From assembly GCA_023213395.1 (NCBI GenBank), contig CM041465.1, forward strand, positions 120,907,741 to 120,971,740: DNA of 64,000 bases. The letters are read 5' to 3'. Every line of letters starts with the position of its first letter. Within the stretch, counting starts at the first letter, position 1. This stretch comes from Cycas panzhihuaensis (lineage: Eukaryota; Plantae; Cycadophyta). A model generated the notes under the pieces. It was not told where the DNA came from, did not search any database, and saw nothing but the letters and a program-made list of their open reading frames with translations. Made by a program: the position numbers and the translations under genes. Positions 54,997 through 64,000 of this stretch are shown here, piece by piece.

Positions 54997-57300
54997 CTAT
55001 GAACAAACATGTGTATTACAAAGTTGTTCAACATCCCCCCTATAATGTATATCTTTAAATTTACAACATTTGATCTTTGGAAACCTTTTGATGATGATGT
55101 TTGCATTTTGGTCTTCAACTTGTCTTGAACAAAATGCTTCTGGAATGTAGCAACAACTTTTGATTCTCTTTACCAAATAGACTGAATACTCTTTAGTCTT
55201 GTTGCTTTGTAATAGGTTCAGTGTTTGCTGATTGTCTTTCCTAAACCATTCAACACACGTGATCACGAAATAACAATAATTCCAAAAACTAATAGCATCC
55301 CTGATCTTTACTAGATCCTTCTCCTTGAAGATACCTAGTTCATATCCTTCCAAAATCATAGATCTTGTTGCAAGAAACTTGGCTTTGAAGTGTCCAAGAA
55401 AATCATCAATATTTGATGTTACATCTATTGTGAAATCATCTTCAAAAAAATTAGCAAGGTAGGAGCATGGACATGAATTCAAAGATTTTTGCTTGTTTCA
55501 GCAAAATTGCTGATCATCATATATGCTTTCCTAAAACTAGTAGGTATAACGTTTTCAGCAGTAGATATTCTCACACAAAGAGAATATGCCACAACAACAT
55601 GATTCACCTTTATCCCAAGGAATTCTGTCCAAATCATAGAAAAATCTTTGTAAATATATACAACCTTTAGACAGTCATCAACCTTTAAGTTTGTTGTAAC
55701 ACATCCCATTGTTTCAAATGCAATCTTATTGTCTTTGAAGACGTTCTCTGCTGCTCTTGTAGAGTGCTAAGACAACATGAATCTCCTTAATAATGAAGAT
55801 GAATTCATTTATGCTAAACAAAAACATAAGGAATTCTATACAAACATATTCACTGTAAGGTCAGACAACAATTGTAGTCTAACAAAAAACCTCTCAATTG
55901 TAATTATGACTATAGCATCCAATCTTTCTATTAAGGTAGCCCTATGTTTATGTTGTATTTCTAATGGAAAGAATTGTTTGAAAATAAGAGATATGTCTGC
56001 TATAACACCTTTACATTCATTACGCACCTGCATCACAACATCTTTTTGTAATGCTAGGATTGAGTATAAATGAAGGCAATTTGGCATGATCCTTTGTAAT
56101 CTCTATTTTCCCATTTTCTTCCTCTATTTCAGATTCTGAACGATGAATCAAAACCAAATCACTAGAATCATTAGGAACAATTTCATCCATGATTGATGAG
56201 ATTTCTTTAGTCACTTCATCACAATGTTCATGAACCTTATTAATAATAGAGGACATAGTTTCATACACCTTTTCTCCTTCCTTTTTATCTATGTGAGATA
56301 GTACTTCATTTGTAGAAGTGCCCAATGAGCCTTTTTTGGATTACTTTACCAACATCAGTAAGAGAATTATTCTCATGAGCATATATTTCTTTTTCCTTTT
56401 TATCAAAAGATGCAACATTCTTTTCATATGAATCAATAGTGATAATGGATTCATTTTTACCATTGTCAGAATCTGAAATGGTTGGACTATTTGTCTTTCT
56501 AGCTCTTATTTTCATTGATTTTTAGTTAGGTGACTGTACGTAACCTGTTCCTTTTTTGTAGCAGCTATTTCAAGAACAACTTTTCCTTCTACATCTTCTG
56601 TATGTTGGTTGTTTTGTCTTGGTCCAAACTTCTTTTTAAAAAAGTCCATGCCTTATATGCCCTGTAAGTGGTATTGTGAGTAAAATATAAAAATCAGAAA
56701 ATATGCCTCTTTTACTGAGCATTTCACCTGACATGGATTAAGGGAAATGCAATATTATCCTTTTTGTCCAACCTAGGTGTTAAATTTGAATCTGCATAAG
56801 TTTCTAAGACGATTTCCCACAAGCCAAAAAGAATGAACTTGTCTTTTATAAATTCTTACTATTCTTCATAACTTCCTTTATCAAGTATTAACCAACCTAT
56901 CTTTGATCAGATTTTCCTTCAAATCAATAGAAGAAAAGTGCACACTTTCTTCACCCTTTATAGAAGAGAATGTCTCGCCTTTAAAAAAAAACATGGTGAA
57001 TTCTGCATTAAATTACCTCAACCTGTACACCATGTTGAAGAAATATGAATTAGGATTCTAATGCCTCAGATGTCTTGCAACTCAAACTCTCTTTGTTTGA
57101 AAAATCTCCAAGCAACTTTGCAGGCAATTGATCACTTTATAAACAGGGTTGATCTCCACAATAACTCATTACGGTTGCTTCACGGAAGATCAATGTCATA
57201 TGGGCAACCTACAAACTTCATAACAATGATAGAAAAATCACGAGTCGGGCTAAATATGGGATTCTTTCGAAAAAGAATAGTGTCTGATCGCCCACTGGAA
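54997..57300 (-). pseudogene. Degenerate extra ORF of the old host element (charged/coiled-coil-like)
   Basis: Overlapping consecutive - strand ORFs 56306-56515, 56020-56325, 55836-56087, 55479-55709 and 54997-55482, ending at the PPT. No gag/pol motifs. Confidence 0.55.
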
Positions 57301-57368
57301 TTTTGGTCTTGTCTGAAACCTTGCCCTTAACCTATGTCATTTTTGCTACAAGAGCTACAAGGTCCTCG

Positions 57369-60300
57369 TGTTGAAAGTGCCAAAGGCCTATGAAACCCAA
57401 GATCTAGAAGATAGATTCTCTCTAGTTCTAGAAAGCAAGAGATCTAGACTAATAATGAAAATAAGATTAACATGAGCAAGATCAAAGCACAAAGAGAGAG
57501 CAAATGATACCAAATGGGAGGAGATGGAATTGGTCCAATCTCCAAATGAATATCAGTTTGATTAGCAAACTGACAGCATAGCAATACAACTCCAACTCTA
57601 TATGAGAAACATGAGAAGAGGTCTCAATATATAGAGTGACAGAAGAGACCTAAGGCATTGGATGTTTGACAAGTGTCAAACATCCGAGGTACATGCCTTG
57701 CATGTAGGACATGTGTCCTTTTGGGCTCTCAAATGAGCAAAAGTGCATCAGGGTCCATTTGACCCTTAAGTGACAATATTGTGTCATTAGGAAAGAATGG
57801 GGGTGTGCACTTTATTACTTAAGTGATAAGTCACTCCATAAAGTACAAAAGTACAAATAATACATGCAAATAAAGTACATAAGATTAACATGTAAACATA
57901 AGGTTTTAACACCCCCCCTTACTGTTTACAATGTTAAGTCGAACCCCTAGACCATTTCTAAATTTTACAATTTTTTCTCTACCAAGTGGCTTGGTAAAGA
58001 TATTTGCTGTCTGCTGCTCTATAGGTCTATACTGAAGGTTGATCTCATTGTTCTGCACATGCTCTCTGATGAAGTGATGATGAACCTCAATATGTTTGGT
58101 CCTTGCATGAAAAATAGGATTCTTGGCCAACTTGAGCACACTTTGATTATCGCAATATATCCTGGTGGGGTGATCTTGCTCAAGTTCAAGCTCCCCAAGA
58201 ATCTGTCGTAGCCAGATAGCTTCACAAGTTGTGCTGACTGTAGCTTTGTATTTTGCTTTGGTGGAGGACAAGGTAACATTGGGTTGCTTCTTACAACTCC
58301 ATGAAACAACTCCTAAACCAAGGGTAAAACAGTAGAGGTTGATCTTCTGCTATCCTGGCAACCTGCCTAATCAGAATTTGAGAACCCTTCCAGAGTGAAG
58401 TTCTCATCATGTGCATACTGATGGCCATGCTGCAATGTGCCTTTGATGTATTTGAGTATGCATTTGGCTGCATTCCAATGCTTCTGATTGGGTTGAGACA
58501 TGTATCTGGAGCAAATCGCAACTGCAAATGAGATATCTGGGCGAGTGTTGGTGAGATAGATGAGGCTACCAATCAACTGTCGGTAAAGAGTGGAATTTGC
58601 TAGTTCAGCTTCTTCATTGAGAGTAGGCTTTGTTCCATTCTCCATGGGTGTAGGCGTTGGTTTGCAGTCATCCATCTTGAATCACTCCAAAATGTTCGAA
58701 GAATATTTGGCTTGGGAGATGAAGATATAGCCAGGTTGTTACAATATCTCAAAGCCTAAAAAATAATGCAGAAGTCCAAGATCTGTTATCTCGAAACTTC
58801 TCTTCAAATCATCTTAGAGAATCTGTACTATCTTAGTGTCATTACCAGTGATCACTAAGTCATCAACATACAAGACAATAAAGATAGCATGGTCTTTTCC
58901 GACTTTGATGTACAAGTTAGGATCTGAAGTAGATCGATGATACCCATGTCTCAAAAAATAATCATCAATCTCTGAGTACCATACTCTTGGAGCTTGCTTC
59001 AAATCATATAACGCCTTTTTTAAGCGACAAACCAAGTGCTCCTTGCTTTGTACTTTGTAACCAGGAGGTTGCTCCAAGTATACCTCCTCTTGAAGATCGC
59101 CATTGAGAAAGGCACTCTTCATGTCCATTTGATAAACCGGCAATTTGCATTGAGCTGTTAAGGCCAAGATGAGTCTGATGGTGTTCATATTGGCAATAGG
59201 TGTAAAAGTCTCCTCATAATCTATGCCTTCTTTTTGTTTGAAGTCTTTTGCAACAAGGCGGGCCTTCTGGTGCTTAAGTGTACCATCATAATGGAATTTG
59301 GTCTTGTAGACCCATTTTTAATTGATTGTCTGTTTGTGTTTAGGCAATTCAACCAAATCCCAAGTTCCATTCTTTTCAATAGAATGGATTTCTTTATCCA
59401 TGGCAACCTTCTAATTTTCATTTTTAGAAGCCTCCTCAAAAGTGGAAGGCTCATCAACACAAAGCACTTCAGCCATAAGTGCATAATTGGTTTGCTACCT
59501 ATATTTTGATAGACGTTTTCCTTCAATAATCTAGCAATCTTGGACAGGCTGAGTATACCATTTGGGCAGCTTTTTGACTGATGTAACTTGAACCTCAAGA
59601 TCTTCCGATCTAAGTGGTTGATCAATAGAAGATGTACTAGGATCAAGTGGAGCCAATTTTGATGATGTAGATGGACCAGTAGGTGTAGATGATGTGCATG
59701 GTGTTGAAGATTGAGAGGGAAGAAAAGCTTCAACAATCTTTTTGCCTTTATCAAGAGGAGGTTGGATGGATGTTGATTCCAACCCTTTATGTTCATTTTC
59801 AACAAAGATTACATCTCTTGAGAGATGCATTTTCTTCCCAATAGGATCATACGGCTTGTAAGCTTTGCTATGAATGGTGTAGCTTGCAAAAATACATTTT
59901 AGACTATGTTTGTCTAACTTAGATCTTTGCTGATCAGGGATGTGCATGTATGCAGTACATCCAAATGTCCTCAAATGGCTAACGGTTGGCTTTTTCCCAG
60001 ATCAAGTCTCATTTGTTGTGATGTTGGTGACTGCTGAAGTAGGACTCTGATTTGCCACATAGGCAGTTGTGTGGAATGCTTCTGCCCAGTAAGCTCAAGT
60101 GAGTCCCTTTGCATGCATCATTGCTTTGGCTTTATTTGTCAAAGTTTTGTTCATTTGTTTAGAGGCTCCGTTTTGTTGAGGAGTATGAGGAATGGTGAGT
60201 TGTCTCTGAATGCTGTTATCCTTGCAGAATTGGGTGAATTCCTTTGAAGTGAATTCACCTCCATTGTCTGACCTTAGAATTTTGATTGAATGGCCAGACT

Positions 60301-63300
60301 TGTTCTCCACTTCAAGCTTGAATTCTTTAAACTTTTGGAATGCTTCAGACTTGTATTTGATGAAGTAAACCCAGACTTTGTGGGAGACATCGTCAATGAA
60401 AGAGATGTAATACAAAGCTCCTCCAATGGATGCAGTGGACATAGGTCCACATAAATCTGAATGTATCAACTGCAAAGGATACGATGCATGCCAAGTTTTA
60501 CCTTTAGGGAAAGGCAATCGAGGTTATGTTCCCATTATACATGCTTCACAAAGACATTTTAAACCATACAACTTTGGAAGCCCATGCACCATATTCTTGT
60601 TTATCATCTGCTTGATATTGTCTAAGCTCAAGTGGCCTAGACATTGATGCCAAAGTTGCATCTTGGACAAAGATTGAGTGACAAGTATTATATTATTAGC
60701 ATCCAACTCGTAAAGGCCATGATCCTCATGTCCAATAGCCACCACCTGATCATCCTTGTCACTTATTACACATTTCCCATTTTTGAACAAAATGTTGGTC
60801 TCTTGCTTGTCCAATTGGCTAACAGATAGCAAACTCTTCTCCATGGAAGGTATAAGGTAGGCATCTCCATTGGGAAATGTGGATGAAGGATTGGAAGGAG
60901 AATGAAATGAGGCAAATGTGCTTGTGCTAGAAATCTTAATTGGCTTATTGTTGCTGAAGGTCACTGATTGACCCTTTCGTTCCTTGATGTCACAAAGGAG
61001 TTCTTCACTCCCAGTCATGTTTTGAGTTGCCCCTAAGTCAATGATCCAAGTTTGATCAATCTTGGAGGTATGATAAGCACAAAATAGCTTATCCTCATCT
61101 ACAAATTGATTAAAGTGGCGTTGATTGCCACCTCTAAACCCCCCCCTTCGACTTTGATTTTCTCGATATGCACCTCGATTTGGTCGAGGGGTTTGTTGTT
61201 GCTATTGTGGGAACTGTTGAGATGATTGCTGCTGTCTCTGATGCTATTGATGTGGCTGTTGTTGTTGTCGTGTGTGCTGGAGATCAGCCTGTTTCTTTCT
61301 ATAATAAGGAGTTATGTGGCCCACTTTGCCACAATAATGATAGATGACATTGGTCTTTGAGGAACCAATGTTTATGTTCCCAAACTGCTTTGAGAGTGAT
61401 GGTTTGGGATTTTTCTTAGCCTTCAATTTGGCCATGAATGCTCCTAAAGTGGATGGCTCATCAACATCTTCCTTGATATAAATCTATTCCTTTTGAAGTA
61501 ATAAACTTTCAAGTTGATTAAAAGACGTACTTCAAAGTGAACCATCTCTCGTAGTGGATGATATAAATCCATTATAGTCTTTAGCCAATGCTTTAACAAT
61601 TGTCGTTACAAGCTCGTCCCTGGAAGCAGGTTTACCTAATGTATTCAATTCATTACATATCTTCTTGATAGAGGAAAAGAAAATCGACGTAGCCTTGACA
61701 AATTTCAAAGAATACAGTTTGGTTTTTCCCATCAAAATGCGAGTTTCATTTCGCCTTTACAAAGAAGATAGAATATCCCATGCTTCCTTAGAAGTTTTTG
61801 CACATACAATATTTTGATCAACATGAACATCAATGATCATACGTAAAAATGCTAAAGCAATTTCATCTTTGGCTTCCCAAGCAGCAACACAAGCAGGATT
61901 AGGATGAACAATAACACCATTATTTTCAAAATGTGTAGGTTGCGGTATTTTGCTAGAAACATAACCCCAAAATTCATTTATTATTAAGAGGTTTTATGTT
62001 ATCCTCTTCCATTCTTGATACTTATTTTGTCCTATTAGTCTGATGGTACATGCATTAAGCATATTTATAGCAGCCATGTTGAAGTTGTAAGGCTTGAAGT
62101 TAGCAGATGACTTGAAAACTCAAAGCTTTCGTCGCTTAAGTTCCACCTTCTAACAAACCAACAGTCCTGATCTTACTAGAAGATCCAACAACTGAATGGA
62201 GTGATGAGGGGTGGAGGACTAGGCAAAGGAGTTGGTCCAACCCTGATCTATAGAAGAGATCCAACAGTTGGCCAAGTCAAATCTAGGACAAGGCAGGTAG
62301 GGTTGATCTGCATGGACGTACCATGGTTTCCACAGGATTCATTTCCCAATAACACCCTTTTTGAACCTCCTTTCCCTCAAGCAACCTTAATTGTCGTGCA
62401 CTGACGTACAGTCAGTTGGTCCCTTAAGGAATGCACCAAGCTTAAGGTTATTTTAGAGGCAAGATTTAAACCTTTTTCGGGCCTCTCCAACAAGATTTCA
62501 AAGTCACTTTTTAGAAGATTAAAGTGGACTTAGGATTTATTTTACTTGCATGATGTACTTATGAAAGATTCTTGATTAATCTTATAATGAAAGGCTTCTA
62601 AAGAAGCAATCTAGTACATCAAATGAGCACTTAGAAGTGTTGTTGCAAGAGCACTTAATGAAGTGAAATAGTGCTACACAAATCCAAGTAAAAATATGCT
62701 TGAGCACAATGATTTTTGAGAATGTAAGCACTTTCCATGAAATGTGAGGTTCAAACCTCTAAAGATTTGTAAAGAGGTAATCTTTCGACAAAAAGCGAGG
62801 AAGACCCAGCTTTCTGTTAAACGAGATTGATCGAACTTGTGATTCATTAGATCTTTCTAATAAGTGTCGGCTAAATAGATCAGGTAAATAAGTCTCGACT
62901 GTTTAGCGATTTGATAATCAAATTCATTCTTGAAGAAATTATGACTATGAGTCAAATTTGATCCAAATTGAGAGATGTTTTTTTTCTGTTATTAGAAATT
63001 GAACTAGTAATTTTCTCTCTTTTCCAGAGATATCCATTTTGAAGGACGATCTGTTCAACTCTCTTCTTATAGGTGAATAAAACTTTCTTTTCCTCATAAA
63101 ATAGATCAATTTGTGTAGAAAATAGATGGATGTCCCTTATATCCATAGAGAAAAGCAAACCAGGCAAAGGATGATCCATCAGTTTTTGCAACTCGATCGC
63201 ATATGACGGATCCATTAAGAAGAGCAAAGCAAAGCCTTGTGATGAAAGTACAAGTGGGTTCCTTTTAATGCTCAAGATGAAGAGAAGAAGACCACTTGCA

Positions 63301-64000
63301 AAATGAAGACACCGAGCACCAAGTGTTGGAACTTCAAAATAGTCTCAACGATCAACAAATAAAGTGATTTTATTAAGTAAAAGTGTTCTTGAGCCCCTTT
63401 TTGTGACTAAGGGCAATAGGTCACCATGCAAGATGCCTTAGAAAAAGTGTTGAGATAGTGATAAATATCACTTTGACAAGGTATCAACACTTTAAAATCA
63501 CTTTAACAAGGCCTTTTAAAACTTGTACAACATGAAGTAAGTGTTAAATAAAGCTTGGAATGCCAAAAACAAAGGTTGAAAAGTTTTTTTTTTTTTTGAA
63601 ACTTTGAGCAACAAGGACACCATGCAGGGAGCCTTAATAAGCACTTTAAAACAAGTATTTTTAATCTTCAATGATGAGAAAATGACTTAGCATCAGCCAT
63701 TTAATGAACTCACTAAGTATCAAAGAAGATTTTTGACTTCAAAAGTGAAAAAAAGATGATTTTTTCCTTAAATAATTTAAGCTAAAGGTCATAATGCAAG
63801 GTGCCTTGAATAAAAAAAGCTTGAAAAAGGAAAACATTTCACTTTTTTAATGTGAAAAATCACAACAAAATACTTGACTTAGTCTTTTGACACTAAAGTG
63901 AGATTAATGATGTCAAAAAATTAAAAAATCGCTGAAGAAACCTTGAATTTGACTTAGAAAAAGTGATTTTCAGCAATTTAAAGTGACTTAATATAAAACT
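57369..64000 (-). mobile_element. Ty1/Copia element of the same family as 42620-49644; 5' end outside the window
   Basis: 3' LTR 57369-57911, homologous to the other Copia's LTRs. PPT 57912-57920. gag-pol from ATG 62077 to ~57910 (YVDD intact, several stops and frameshifts). Leader homologous to 44030-44915. Confidence 0.96.
62731..63220 (-). pseudogene. ycf2: Nuclear plastid DNA (NUPT): internal ycf2 fragment
   Basis: LMDPSYAIELQKLMDHP...NLDQI/(frameshift)LTHSHNFFKNEFDYQIAKQSRLIYLIYLADTY*KDLMNHKFDQSRLTESWVFLAFCRKITSLQ...FHGK aligns by eye, collinearly, with the Ycf2 segment just before the AAA Walker A region (angiosperm LMIPSSMIELRKLLD...LTHSDHLSKNDSGYQM...YLRYLVDIHKKHLMNYEF...LAERRIFLA...SHGK, recalled from memory). 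Confidence 0.88.

Noticed and set aside
57637-57648. TGACAGAAGAGA equals the first 12 nt of miR156
   Set aside because: The match stops at 12 nt, lies in a Copia LTR, and no star arm is visible.
63221-63275. N-terminus of ORF 62952-63275 as part of ycf2 or a functional fusion protein
   Set aside because: It derives from Copia leader sequence with a TTG start, and the ycf2 part is frameshifted and has a stop.

Overview
Eukaryotic (land plant) nuclear DNA, AT-rich and CpG-depleted. It probably comes from a large-genome non-angiosperm such as a fern, lycophyte or gymnosperm (inference). The only recognisable host gene is LKR/SDH (lysine-ketoglutarate reductase/saccharopine dehydrogenase) on the + strand. 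Seven GT-AG coding exons (16959-26929) give about 303 aa of the LKR domain. The next expected exon was not found in the remaining 37 kb, which is a stack of nested LTR retrotransposons: a CRM-like chromovirus (27884-33674) inside another chromovirus LTR; an Athila-like Gypsy (38687-54927, TSD CTAAC) with a ~553-codon extra 3' ORF, inserted in the LTR of an older element; a young Copia (42620-49644, TSD ACAAT) inside the Gypsy RT; and a related Copia on the - strand (57369 to beyond the window end). The most unexpected observation is a ~490-bp plastid ycf2 fragment inside the 5' leader of that second Copia. Other points of interest are a compensatory base change in a Copia LTR palindrome, a hairpin/TATA cassette before the Gypsy extra ORF, a (TA)n-bounded duplication in one LTR, and a split CpG-retaining regulatory region plus a candidate overlapping uORF upstream of LKR/SDH. 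All homologies were recognised by eye; no searches were run.
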